From assembly GCA_034520565.1 (NCBI GenBank), contig JAXHNL010000002.1, positions 512,001 through 576,000 of the forward strand: 64,000 nt of DNA, read 5' to 3'. This DNA is from Halodesulfurarchaeum sp. Its GTDB lineage: Archaea; Halobacteriota; Halobacteria; Halobacteriales; Halobacteriaceae. The first letter of the stretch is position 1; each line of letters starts with the position of its first letter. Below are positions 1-9,093 of this stretch, one piece after another. The position numbers and the translations under genes were made by a program. Below the pieces are notes generated by a model. It saw nothing but the letters and a program-made list of their open reading frames with translations. It had not been told where the DNA came from and did not search any database.

Positions 1-2
1 CG

Positions 3-113
3 ATCGCGAGCGTGACCGGCGCGCCGATCCTCTTTCTCGGCACGGGACAGGAATATGACGACATCGAGCCGTTCGATCCGGAAGCGCTCGTCGAGGAGCT
101 GCTCGGCGCGTAG
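3..113 (+). CDS. ftsY: SRP receptor FtsY, C-terminal fragment (gene starts upstream of the window)
   Basis: Frame from nt 3 reads [36 protein letters not shown], the typical FtsY C-terminus ([13 protein letters not shown]); lies near srp54. Confidence 0.85.
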   Translation: MASVTGAPILFLGTGQEYDDIEPFDPEALVEELLGA

Positions 114-165
114 GGGACTCGTATCAGGCCGAAGGGCTTTCCTCCCCGCCCACGAGGGATCGAGT

Positions 166-396
166 ATGGCCGAGGATTACGACGATCTGGTTAGCTACCT
201 CACGCCGCGTGGGGAGACCGACTCGATGAAGCGCTACCAGAACACCACCGCGATCCCCTGTCCGGTCTGCGAGGAGGCCTTCGCGGACCTGGTCGTCGTG
301 ACCGGCGAGACCACGAGCCTGGAGCTGTCCGAACCGCTCGATCTCTGTGTCACGACCACGTCAGAGGGGAAGCCGATGATCTTCACCCACTCGTAG
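166..396 (+). CDS. Small acidic hypothetical protein with CPxC motif (76 aa)
   Basis: ATG at 166 within ORF 55..396; acidic halophilic composition; CPVC motif. Confidence 0.7.
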   Translation: MAEDYDDLVSYLTPRGETDSMKRYQNTTAIPCPVCEEAFADLVVVTGETTSLELSEPLDLCVTTTSEGKPMIFTHS

Positions 397-433
397 TCGG
401 TCGAGGAGGGGCCAGTCACGGGCCGGTGTGTGG

Positions 434-475
434 GGCGAACAGGTGACACTCGTCCGGCCCGGAACGGTGTGTCAC
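434..475. repeat. Dispersed hairpin repeat, copy 1 (GGCGAACAGGTGACAC-N19-GTGTCAC)
   Basis: 16 bp identical to 44576-44591, with the same GTGACAC/GTGTCAC inverted stem. Confidence 0.6.
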
Positions 476-580
476 GCTTCCGCCTCGTTCGTTCCGGGTT
501 GGTGATCGAGGGATGGGCGACGCTGGTCCGGGCTTCTGATTTAAAATTCCGTGCCGGAGTCGTCCTCGAAGTGGTGCCGG

Positions 581-1072
581 TTACCCGTCGAAGTCCAGAT
601 CGGGAGTGGCGGCAGCGACGACTGCGAGATCCCGGCGCGTACTGTCCCGGTCGTAGGCCGACACGTTCCCCGGTTGCCAGGGCGGAACGGCCACCACGAC
701 GGTCGCGTGCAGGTCGTCGCGGACGGTGAGTTCGGGGTTCCCGTCCGGATGGGAGAGAAAGCGGCCCTGGGACTGGCCGGCCGGGGTGCCGAGATCGACC
801 CCGAAGACGAAGTCGAGTGCGTTACCCACGTCCGGAAAGTAGAAATCGGAGAATACGGGGGTCTCGGGTTCGAGATCGTCCAGGGCGCGGTGAATTGGCC
901 CGTCGGGTGGCCCGATTTCCGATGTATCGGTTTCCACCCCCGAGAAGGGTTCGAGGTCGCCCGCCGCACTCGTCACCAGATAGACGTTCGCCGGGTTGGG
1001 CTCGGCGTCGGCTGCGATCTCCAGCAACACGGACAGAAGGGGCCGCGTAATGTAGAGCGGCTGGGGTGACAC
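581..1072 (-). CDS. Conserved haloarchaeal hypothetical protein, JAB/MPN-like
   Basis: 163 aa acidic ORF with FLSHPDG...DDL motif reminiscent of JAB/MPN domains. Confidence 0.65.
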   Translation of the reverse strand: MSPQPLYITRPLLSVLLEIAADAEPNPANVYLVTSAAGDLEPFSGVETDTSEIGPPDGPIHRALDDLEPETPVFSDFYFPDVGNALDFVFGVDLGTPAGQSQGRFLSHPDGNPELTVRDDLHATVVVAVPPWQPGNVSAYDRDSTRRDLAVVAAATPDLDFDG

Positions 1073-1193
1073 AACCGGTTTTCGGGAGGCGACCGGATAA
1101 ATCGGTGGATCTCAGTTGGATCGGGGGTGACACTGCACCCGGCCGGACACGGTTAGACATTTACCGCTCGACCGGCCACCTACAGGTAACACG

Positions 1194-2582
1194 ATGGTAC
1201 TCGAGGATCTGGGGAGTTCGCTACGATCGACGCTCGAGGACCTCCGGGGCAAATCCCGCATCAGCGAGGAGGACGTCGCGGAGGTCGTCACGGAGATCCA
1301 GCGATCGCTCCTCCAAGCCGACGTGGACACCGGACTCGTGATGGACCTCTCGGATGCCATCCGCGAGCGGGCCCTCGACGAGGAGCCCCCGGCCGGGACC
1401 ACGGCCCGCGATCACGTCCTTCGGATCGTCTACGAGGAGCTGGTCGAACTTGTCGGCGAGTCGACGGACATTCCGCTGGAATCCCAGACGATCCTCCTCG
1501 CCGGTCTACAGGGCTCGGGGAAGACGACGACCGCGGCCAAAATGGCGTGGTGGTTCTCGAAAAAGGGCCTTCGCCCAGCGGTCATCCAGACTGACACCTT
1601 CCGCCCAGGAGCCTACGAACAGGGAAAAGAGATGGCCGAACGCGCCGAGGTGGAGTTCTACGGCGACCCTGACGCCAAGGACCCGGTCGAAATCGCGAGG
1701 GCGGGGCTCGAAGCGACCGAAGACGCCGACGTCCACATCGTCGACACCGCCGGTCGCCACGCACTCGAGGAGGGGTTGATCGACGAAATCGAGGGCATTG
1801 CAGCCGCCGTCGAGCCGGACCGCAACCTGCTCGTCCTCGATGCTGCCATCGGCCAGGGCGCAAAGGAACAAGCCACCCGGTTCGACGATGCCATCGGCAT
1901 CGACGGCGTCGCCATCGCCAAGCTCGACGGCACGGCCAAGGGAGGCGGGGCATTGACGGCGGTCAACGAGACCGACTCGACGATCGCCTTCCTCGGGACC
2001 GGCGAGACCGTCAAGGACATCGAGCGCTTCGAGCCCTCGGGCTTCATCTCCCGTCTTCTCGGCATGGGCGACCTCAAGCAGCTCACCGAGCGGGTCGAGC
2101 GGGCGATGGAGGAGACCGAGGCCGAGGAGGGTGACTGGAGCCCCGAGGACATGCTCGAAGGGGACTTCACCCTCAAGGATATGCGCCATCAAATGAAGGC
2201 CCTCGACCGAATGGGGCCGCTCTCCCAGGTCCTCGACATGGTGCCGGGACTGGGCGGCGGAATGATGGACCAACTCCCGGACGAGGCCATGGACATGACC
2301 CAGGAGCGGATGCGGACCTTCGAGATCGTCATGGACTCGATGACCGAGGACGAACTCGAGAATCCCCGCTCGATCGGCGCGAGTCGGATGAAGCGGATCG
2401 CCGCGGGGAGCGGCACCCAGGTCGACGACGTGCGGGAACTCCTCGAACAGTACCGGATGATGGCCCGAGCCCTGAAGCAGTTCCAGGGCATGGGCGATGC
2501 CGACATGGAGCGGATGATGAAGCAGATGCAGCAGGGCGGCGGCCCGGGCGGCGACCTCGGCGGCATGGGCCCGATGGGATAG
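1194..2582 (+). CDS. srp54: Signal recognition particle protein SRP54
   Basis: [23 protein letters not shown] and [12 protein letters not shown] motifs; Met-rich M domain. Confidence 0.97.
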   Translation: MVLEDLGSSLRSTLEDLRGKSRISEEDVAEVVTEIQRSLLQADVDTGLVMDLSDAIRERALDEEPPAGTTARDHVLRIVYEELVELVGESTDIPLESQTILLAGLQGSGKTTTAAKMAWWFSKKGLRPAVIQTDTFRPGAYEQGKEMAERAEVEFYGDPDAKDPVEIARAGLEATEDADVHIVDTAGRHALEEGLIDEIEGIAAAVEPDRNLLVLDAAIGQGAKEQATRFDDAIGIDGVAIAKLDGTAKGGGALTAVNETDSTIAFLGTGETVKDIERFEPSGFISRLLGMGDLKQLTERVERAMEETEAEEGDWSPEDMLEGDFTLKDMRHQMKALDRMGPLSQVLDMVPGLGGGMMDQLPDEAMDMTQERMRTFEIVMDSMTEDELENPRSIGASRMKRIAAGSGTQVDDVRELLEQYRMMARALKQFQGMGDADMERMMKQMQQGGGPGGDLGGMGPMG

Positions 2583-2642
2583 GACCGTTCGGAAGCCGGC
2601 GCGGACGGACCCTTTTTGAGCACTCCGGTCGACGTACCCACG

Positions 2643-3215
2643 ATGACAGTCGCCTCGCTGGCACGACGTGCGTACCGCGAGGCGATCGGACCGCTGCTGG
2701 TCAGTGCCGTCGGGGGGCTCTTCGCTGGCCTCGTCCTTGCGGGGATGGAACCAGATCTCGAGCGGATCCGGGGCCTGCTCGTGCTCGTACCGGCCCTGCT
2801 GGCCACCAGGGGGAACGTTTTCGGCGCCTACGCCGCCAGGATCGCCTCGGGCCTCCACAAAGGGCTCGTGGAGCCCGAATTTCACATGGACGACCGGCGT
2901 CTCCGGGCGGCCACCGCCGCGGCCACGTCGAACAACCTGCTCGCCAGCGGCTTCGCCGCCGTCCTCACCGTCGTGGCCCTGATTGCGTTCGGGCAACCCG
3001 CGGCCCCACTCTGGATGCTGCTGGCAATCGCCCTAATCGCGGCCTTCCTTTCGGGGGTCGCCCTCGCGATCGTCGTCATCGGGGCCATGTTCATGGGCTA
3101 CCGCCGCGGGATCGACCCGGACACGCTCGTCGGCCCCCTCGTCACGACAACGGGGGACGTCATCGGCATCGCCTTCCTCCTGCTCGCGGTCAGGATCGTC
3201 GCGGGGGGGATCTGA
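2643..3215 (+). CDS. MgtE-family (membrane domain only) divalent cation transporter
   Basis: Hydrophobic; PALLATRGNV and GIDPDTLVGPLVTTTGD MgtE signature. Confidence 0.85.
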   Translation: MTVASLARRAYREAIGPLLVSAVGGLFAGLVLAGMEPDLERIRGLLVLVPALLATRGNVFGAYAARIASGLHKGLVEPEFHMDDRRLRAATAAATSNNLLASGFAAVLTVVALIAFGQPAAPLWMLLAIALIAAFLSGVALAIVVIGAMFMGYRRGIDPDTLVGPLVTTTGDVIGIAFLLLAVRIVAGGI

Positions 3216-3785
3216 ATGCAGGGCGCCCCGAGCCAGTACTGGACCTTCCGCGCGATCTCCCGGGCCACGCTCCCCACCCTCCTGCTCCTCACAGCAGTCG
3301 CGGTGGGCTCGGGACTCCTGCTCGGCACCTTCGAGGGAGTACTCTACCGCTATCCCTCGCTTTTGATCCTCGTCCCGGTGACAATCGGCACCGCCGGGAA
3401 CCTTGGCAGCCTGCTCGCCTCGCGGCTCTCGACGGCCTTCCACCTCGGTACCCTCTCCTTCCGGCCCGGGGACGAGCAACTCGGCGGGCATGCCCTGGCC
3501 ACCGTGGCACTCGCGCTCACGCTCTTTCCGCTCGTCGGTGCAGGGGCGTGGGTTCTTGCGCTCGTGACGGGGCGGGTGGTCCTCCCGCTCTGGCGGGTCC
3601 TCGCGATTTCGACACTGAGCGGAGCGGGGCTGGCGGTCGTGGCCATCATCGCCACGGTCCTCACGACCTACGGCGCCTACCGGGCCGGCCTCGACCCAGA
3701 CGACGTCGTCATCCCGGTCGTGACGGTGACCGCCGACGTCTTCGGCGTGGTCATGCTCTTCGTGGCCGTCGCGCTGTTCACCTGA
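3216..3785 (+). CDS. MgtE-family transporter, second paralog
   Basis: PVTIGTAGNL and GLDPDDVVIPVVTVTAD motifs; starts immediately after the first copy. Confidence 0.85.
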   Translation: MQGAPSQYWTFRAISRATLPTLLLLTAVAVGSGLLLGTFEGVLYRYPSLLILVPVTIGTAGNLGSLLASRLSTAFHLGTLSFRPGDEQLGGHALATVALALTLFPLVGAGAWVLALVTGRVVLPLWRVLAISTLSGAGLAVVAIIATVLTTYGAYRAGLDPDDVVIPVVTVTADVFGVVMLFVAVALFT

Positions 3786-3804
3786 AAACGGGGGCCAAAC
3801 CGGC

Positions 3805-4770
3805 TCACTCCGGGGGTTCGGGTGGGGCCCCGTCCTCGGTCGCGGGCGCGAAAGCGTCGATGAATTCCTCGACGTCGGGCTCGTGAACGGTCACCGCGAC
3901 TTCGATGGCCCCCAGCTCGTCGGGGGTCCCCACGGAGAAGTTGATTACGTCCTCCAGTGCCGCCTGCTTTTTCAGTTCGAACGAGAAGCCCCGGGGCCCG
4001 GCCCGCTCGAAGAAGACGTCCCGGGCGGTGTCGAGGATCCGCTGCTCGAAGAGCCGCTGCCGGAAGTGCCCGAGGTCGTGAGTCGTGGCCACCACTCGAT
4101 CGTCTCGGGTTTCGACCTCGCTCTCGGGGAAGAGGGTCGTAATCGCCTCGAGGACCCGCTTGGCTACCTCGGTCTCCTTCACCGGCGCTTCGACCGTCGC
4201 CTCGATCCGGCGAACGGGACCCTCGATCGTGTCTCCCAGGAGGTCGCTCACCGCCTCGCGGTAGGCCGCAAGGGAGGACGCGTTCTCGATTTCCACGTCG
4301 GCGTCGGCCATCGCCTCGCGGAGTCCGAACCCGAGTTCGCGCTCGTCGCGGTCGGCGAGGGTCTCCCCACCCGCCTCGGCCCCGGAGTCACGATTGCGCA
4401 CCGCGAGCCGCTCGGCCCGCAGGTCGTCGGGCGCGGTGATCGCGACGAGCGTGAACTCCTTGCCGAAGGCGTCCTCGAAGCGCTCGACCTCGACCCCGGA
4501 GCGGATCCCGTCGATCACCACCGCGTCGGAATCGCTTCGGGCCTCCCGGATCGCTGGCAGGGCGCGGTCGGCGATGGCCGCGAGCCCCTCCTCCTCGCGG
4601 AGGGCCTGGGCCACCCGCCCGTGGTCGGCGGCGGGGTCGAGGCCGCGTTCTTCGGTCTCCTGGCGGACGATGTCCCCCATCGTGACGACGGGGAGGCCGA
4701 GTTCGCGGGCCACCGTCGCGGCTTCGCTCTTGCCGCTGCCGGGAAGGCCGACGATGCCGATGACAGTCAT
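3805..4770 (-). CDS. Fusion of UPF0200 P-loop kinase (CoaE-like) and UPF0201/DUF54 putative RNA-binding domain
   Basis: N-terminal GLPGSGKS, MGDIVR, IDGIRS, DRDERELGFG; C-terminal APVKETE...QRILDTAR...LKKQAA...ELGAIEV. Confidence 0.8.
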   Translation of the reverse strand: MTVIGIVGLPGSGKSEAATVARELGLPVVTMGDIVRQETEERGLDPAADHGRVAQALREEEGLAAIADRALPAIREARSDSDAVVIDGIRSGVEVERFEDAFGKEFTLVAITAPDDLRAERLAVRNRDSGAEAGGETLADRDERELGFGLREAMADADVEIENASSLAAYREAVSDLLGDTIEGPVRRIEATVEAPVKETEVAKRVLEAITTLFPESEVETRDDRVVATTHDLGHFRQRLFEQRILDTARDVFFERAGPRGFSFELKKQAALEDVINFSVGTPDELGAIEVAVTVHEPDVEEFIDAFAPATEDGAPPEPPE

Positions 4771-4871
4771 TGGGTGGCCCTATCGGCCGTGCGGTCTTTT
4801 CGGTTCCGTTCTCGGGTCGCCTCGGCGTCGGGTGTAACACATAAGACGGCGGGAGCCAAATTCCCGGCCGA

Positions 4872-4976
4872 GGGCACGTAGCTCAGTCCGGACAGAGCGT
4901 CGGACTTCTATCCCGCACAGTGTTGCTGTGGGGGGAAGACATCCGACGGTCGCGGGTTCGAATCCCGTCGTGCCCG
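4872..4976 (+). tRNA. tRNA-Arg(TCT) with 30-nt intron (4911-4940) at the canonical 37/38 position
   Basis: GGGCACG/CGTGCCC acceptor stem, TAGCTCAGTCCGGACAGAGC D-arm, TCGGA/TCCGA anticodon stem, anticodon TCT at 4907-4909, GGTTCGAATCC T-arm; CTTC/GAAG central helix of a bulge-helix-bulge splice motif. Confidence 0.93.
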
Positions 4977-4977
4977 T
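4955..4977 (+). repeat. attL core (tRNA-Arg 3' end)
   Basis: Exact repeat at 14003-14025. Confidence 0.9.
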
Positions 4978-5249
4978 GAGTTTCCTTTCGGTTTCCGACC
5001 CGTACAGAGAACGGACGGAGAGACGCCCAAACAACCGGATTTGGGCAGTTCTCAAGAATCACTAAGCCCCCTCGATCTGGAGTTCGTTCAGCAACTTTGT
5101 GGCCCCCTTCGCCCTCACTCGGTTTTCAGATTCGTCGAAAGGGCAAACCTCGGTCTTCATTCTGCCACACTCGGCCAGCCACCCACCCACCTCGCCCGGA
5201 CCAAAGCGGGGCCCACCTGGCCCCCGACGGTCCGCGGCGTTGTTCCTCG

Positions 5250-5452
5250 AGCTTTCACAGCCGACGAAAGCGAGGGAGAGGGAGATCGCGCACGCCCGGC
5301 AGCGCAGCGACCGTTGGGAGCGAGCAGCCCGGAACGGTCCGCGGGCGCCAACCGCGGACCGCACGGGATCGACCGGCCGGAAGCGGGCCCCCTCCCACGG
5401 GGGCCCGACCCGGAAGCCCGAGCGCATCCCCCGAGCCCGAAGGGCGAGGGGG
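5250..5452. promoter_or_regulatory. Hairpin cluster upstream of rep; probable rolling-circle origin region (dso/sso)
   Basis: Perfect stems CGGTCCGCGG/CCGCGGACCG (5335-5361) and CGGGCCCCC/GGGGGCCCG (5384-5407), plus CCCCC-GA-GCCC-GAA-GGGC-GA-GGGGG (5428-5452). Confidence 0.55.
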
Positions 5453-5494
5453 TTCCCGTCTGGCTGTGCGGTTTGCGGTGCGGTGGTGGTCGGT

Positions 5495-6844
5495 ATGCGT
5501 GAAGCAAACCGATCAGTCGAATCAGCCTCCGCATCGGAAAGCGCAAAACTAGATCAGTTCGCCTCTCGGCCTACCAAGACTAACTGTACAACCCCAGAAT
5601 CACGCTCTCTCCCGGCCGGTGAGAGCAGTTGGGAAGGATACTGGTGGAAACAGAAAAACGCACTCGTCGATCAGTTCGTCGAGGAGTATCCCAATCGGGC
5701 AGCCCGGCCAATTTCGGTTAGGGGCGGAGAACTTCTCCGCGAGGAGTGCACGCTCTCTCGACCGGAGGGAGAAGGACCCGTCTCAAAGTCGTGGTCGTCC
5801 GTTATGAACGAATACCTCAAGTGGTACAACGGATATCGAGATTCCCATCTGGTTTTTCGAGACCCCGACGGAAACCGAGTTCGTACCCAAATGGAAAACG
5901 CGCACATGCCCGAGTACGGCGACAAGTATTATGCCAAGTTGAAAGCCCTAGAGCGGCAGATCGCCTCCGAATACGATGATCTTCACATCGCGATGCTCAC
6001 CTTCACTGGCTCGACGAAGAACGGAAACGGCGGCTGGCGGGCTGTGTCAGACCACCTCCGGGACGTGATCGACAGTTGGCGGCCAGATCGCGGTCGAGGC
6101 GTCTATCACGCCCTTCGCGATTCACTCGAATGCCAAGAATGGGAATACGCCCTTGTCGTCGAGAAACACCAGAGTGGCTACGGGCACGTGCATTGTGCCG
6201 TGTTCGTCGACGGGGAGGTCGATGAGTCGGATTTTCATCCCGCTATTGATGCCCACCTTCGAACCTGCAACATCGCCCATCGGGATGCTCACAACTACTT
6301 TGCAGAGGATGAAACAACACGGCCCATTTCGGTGAGTAGTGTCGATACGGATCTCGATCCAAACCGGGGCGACGTGGACAAGATCACGAACGTTGGCACC
6401 TATATCGGCGAGTACATCGGCTCATACGGAGAACCATTGTTTGATCGGAGCATCGAAGAGCTAGCGTTTCGGGCAGCAGTATGGGCGACTGGGACCCAGC
6501 TCGTTCGGTTCAGTACGGGTGCAAATGAACTCATTCGGGAAGAACTTGACCGGGAACAAACCGAGTTAAAAGTGCCCGAGCTGGTCCAAAAACCTGAGTT
6601 CGATCCAGAAGCCGAAGATCCAGGAGAGACGGTTGAAGGTTCGCCTTTTGACGTGGTGAATAAAGGATGGTCACTCGAAGGCGTTGGAAGAGTGGATTCA
6701 GAGGGGGAGACAATATACGACGTTCAAAATAGTGGAGTGCAGTTTGTCGAAATAGCGGATTCTTCTCATCTAGATCCAATTAATTCTCAACCCCCGGATA
6801 GGCCACAACCGAGGGCTAAAGTTAGAGATTTAGAGAGCTTCTAA
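5495..6844 (+). CDS. rep: Rolling-circle replication initiator (HUH endonuclease), haloarchaeal plasmid/pleolipovirus type
   Basis: Motif 1 MLTFTG, motif 2 GYGHVHCAVF (HUH), motif 3 YIGEYIG; start placed at ATG 5495 within ORF 5099..6844. Confidence 0.85.
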   Translation: MREANRSVESASASESAKLDQFASRPTKTNCTTPESRSLPAGESSWEGYWWKQKNALVDQFVEEYPNRAARPISVRGGELLREECTLSRPEGEGPVSKSWSSVMNEYLKWYNGYRDSHLVFRDPDGNRVRTQMENAHMPEYGDKYYAKLKALERQIASEYDDLHIAMLTFTGSTKNGNGGWRAVSDHLRDVIDSWRPDRGRGVYHALRDSLECQEWEYALVVEKHQSGYGHVHCAVFVDGEVDESDFHPAIDAHLRTCNIAHRDAHNYFAEDETTRPISVSSVDTDLDPNRGDVDKITNVGTYIGEYIGSYGEPLFDRSIEELAFRAAVWATGTQLVRFSTGANELIREELDREQTELKVPELVQKPEFDPEAEDPGETVEGSPFDVVNKGWSLEGVGRVDSEGETIYDVQNSGVQFVEIADSSHLDPINSQPPDRPQPRAKVRDLESF

Positions 6845-7088
6845 CCAACCAGAATTTGTGAGATGTGTCGGATTATTAATTGCTAATTTTCAATAGTCGT
6901 CAAACTTGCAATGATTTATTTTCTTCATAGGGGTTTGGTTAAATTATTAAAATTCAACGAGACTACTACAGAGCATCAGATGCCATTATGAGATTTATTT
7001 TTCTACATGACAAGGCGATATAAACGTATCAATTTTTCCGGGAAAACCCTATTTAATTGTCCTAATAGAGTGTAGACAGGGTAAGAAG

Positions 7089-7439
7089 ATGAGTGTGCCA
7101 AAGAGGAAGACAAAAAAATCCAATTCTATTTTTAAAGAGAGTGTAGAAAAGGAACACGAATGGTTGGAAAGTTTGGGAGTGGAAGAACTATCAGACATTC
7201 TTCAGAGCCATGCGGGTGAGCTCTCCCTTCGGTTTGCATCTGAACTGAATGGTTACTATGTTGTGGCAAATGAGGATAACGAAGGTTTGCAAGTGATTTA
7301 TTCCGGTTTAAGTGGGCCGGAACACAAACCAGTGAAATTGTCGAAAGCTAATTTGCGGAGACTTCAATCAAAATCAGAGTTGATCAGATTCGTCCCATAT
7401 GAAGAGTCTCCATTTGATTCATTTGTAATTAAAAAATAA
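7089..7439 (+). CDS. Hypothetical protein (116 aa)
   Basis: AT-rich ORF with upstream TATA-like sequence; no recognisable motif. Confidence 0.55.
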   Translation: MSVPKRKTKKSNSIFKESVEKEHEWLESLGVEELSDILQSHAGELSLRFASELNGYYVVANEDNEGLQVIYSGLSGPEHKPVKLSKANLRRLQSKSELIRFVPYEESPFDSFVIKK

Positions 7440-7470
7440 TTGGCGCGCTATACCTCTTTAGGAGGGAGTT

Positions 7471-7832
7471 CTACCAGAATTCCCAAGTGGGTTGGCTAAT
7501 TGCGAGGGTCCGGTCAGCCAGGGTTTCCTCGATGAGACTGCGAATCTCACTTGTGGAAAGAGACTTGGCCTTCTTTTCCAAGTGCGGAGCGTGATGCCGC
7601 ACTATTCGAATAAGGTTCTCTCGAGAACCTCCCATAACCTCCAATTCGCCGTTAATCACCACAGAGGGAATTCGGTTAGGAACTTTTTCCCCCTGGATTC
7701 TCCCATTGGAAGTCATCTCTTTCGCATTTTGACGGACGTGTCCATCGCTGTAACCGGTTCCATCTGCGATATCGGCCACGCGCGAGCGTCCGTTTTTGAA
7801 AGGTGGGCTTGAATAGCATCTTTGACGGTCAT
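7471..7832 (-). pseudogene. Winged-HTH protein with -1 frameshift in an A5 run (real or sequencing error)
   Basis: SD GGAGGTGA (7839-7846) then ATG 7832 reads MTVKDAIQAHLSK; adding one A at 7793-7797 continues NGRSRVADIADGTGYSDGHVRQNAKEM (HTH). Confidence 0.6.
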
Positions 7833-8163
7833 TTGTTATCACCTCCATTGACGACCGTTTCTCTGCTCACAGCAGCAAGTTTCAAGTATTGGACCTCCGA
7901 AGGGAGATTTGTATCCCCAATAGATCCCATTGCCGTTGAGGCAGAGAGGCAAAACTGCAAGCCTTTCTCCTGGACCGAGAATGGCTGAGGCCGATGCGGT
8001 CGTGAGTGGTGATTTTCATCGCGTGTTATCACCTAGCGCCTAGTAAATGGTGCCCCCACTTAAGGGTTCCCCGTGGTAACGTTACTGTGTGAATGTATGA
8101 TACAGTGAATTAGTAATTATACTATAGAAAAAGATATCCGCATTTGGTGCTATACTTTTAGTT

Positions 8164-8931
8164 ATGCCTTACCAAGTGCCCGACCGCGTTCACCTAATGC
8201 CGGTGGGGTTCGAGGAAGACAGAATATTCAAAGTTGCAGAAGATCTGAAGGCTGATAAAGTCGTATTAATAGCAAATAGGGGTGATTCGGATGACGCTCG
8301 CAAACACCTAGAGAAGGCAAAGCAAAAATTGATCGATATGGGTTATGATCCATTGGTAAAAGAGTGTGATATCTTTGATTTATATGAATCATTGGGCCTT
8401 ATTGCGAATATAATTGCCCAGTTTTCTGATGATGAAGTATACGTAAATGTCTCAACGGGTAGTAAGGTAACCGCGATTGCAGGGATGATTGCAGCTATGA
8501 TGACCGGAGCAAATGCCTACTATGCACGAGCTAAAGAATATAGATCGGATGACGTACCCCGTGGAATAGATACCATTTTCCAGCTGCCAAATTATCCTAT
8601 TGAATCCCCTGAGAAAAAGCATGTGTTAGTCCTAAAATACTTAGAAAAAAATGGAGAAATAGATGTTACTAAAAGTGATCTGATTGACTTTGCGGAAAAT
8701 AGTGGCCTCAAGTTCATTTCAGATAAAGATGTGAGTAGAAAGGCGAAGTACCGGCTCTTAGACAACCATATCATTTCCCCACTACTTAATCGGGGGTATA
8801 TTCGGATAGAGGAAAAGGGACGTAACCGACTAGTTAGTATTTCAAATGACGGGAGGGATTTTGTAGAGGCCTTTGGTTTCATGTCAAAAACATACGAGGA
8901 AAATGAGAAGAGCGCTATAACTGCTAGATAG
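8164..8931 (+). CDS. CARF-like Rossmann domain + wHTH regulator (DUF6293/Csa3-like)
   Basis: VHLMPVGFEEDRI...ADKVVLI...VYVNVSTGSKVTAIAGM (CARF motifs) and C-terminal wHTH (KAKYRLLDNHIISPLLNRGYIRIEEKGRNRLVSIS). Confidence 0.8.
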   Translation: MPYQVPDRVHLMPVGFEEDRIFKVAEDLKADKVVLIANRGDSDDARKHLEKAKQKLIDMGYDPLVKECDIFDLYESLGLIANIIAQFSDDEVYVNVSTGSKVTAIAGMIAAMMTGANAYYARAKEYRSDDVPRGIDTIFQLPNYPIESPEKKHVLVLKYLEKNGEIDVTKSDLIDFAENSGLKFISDKDVSRKAKYRLLDNHIISPLLNRGYIRIEEKGRNRLVSISNDGRDFVEAFGFMSKTYEENEKSAITAR

Positions 8932-9093
8932 ATGAAAAGCGCATTATGGGATGGTTTTGAGTTTTTCTGAGAACCCTACTCCAAAAGGTTATTGTTCAAT
9001 ATTATGTAAAAGAATTTGATTTGGGTAAATGAAGTATGATCTGATGGGAGGCTGGACCGTTCGACCATTAACATTATGCAGTTTGGTTAGGAC

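Noticed and set aside
5099-5494. N-terminal 132-aa extension of Rep in the ORF track
   Set aside because: Arg/Pro-rich, non-halophilic composition and overlaps the hairpin cluster; likely non-coding.
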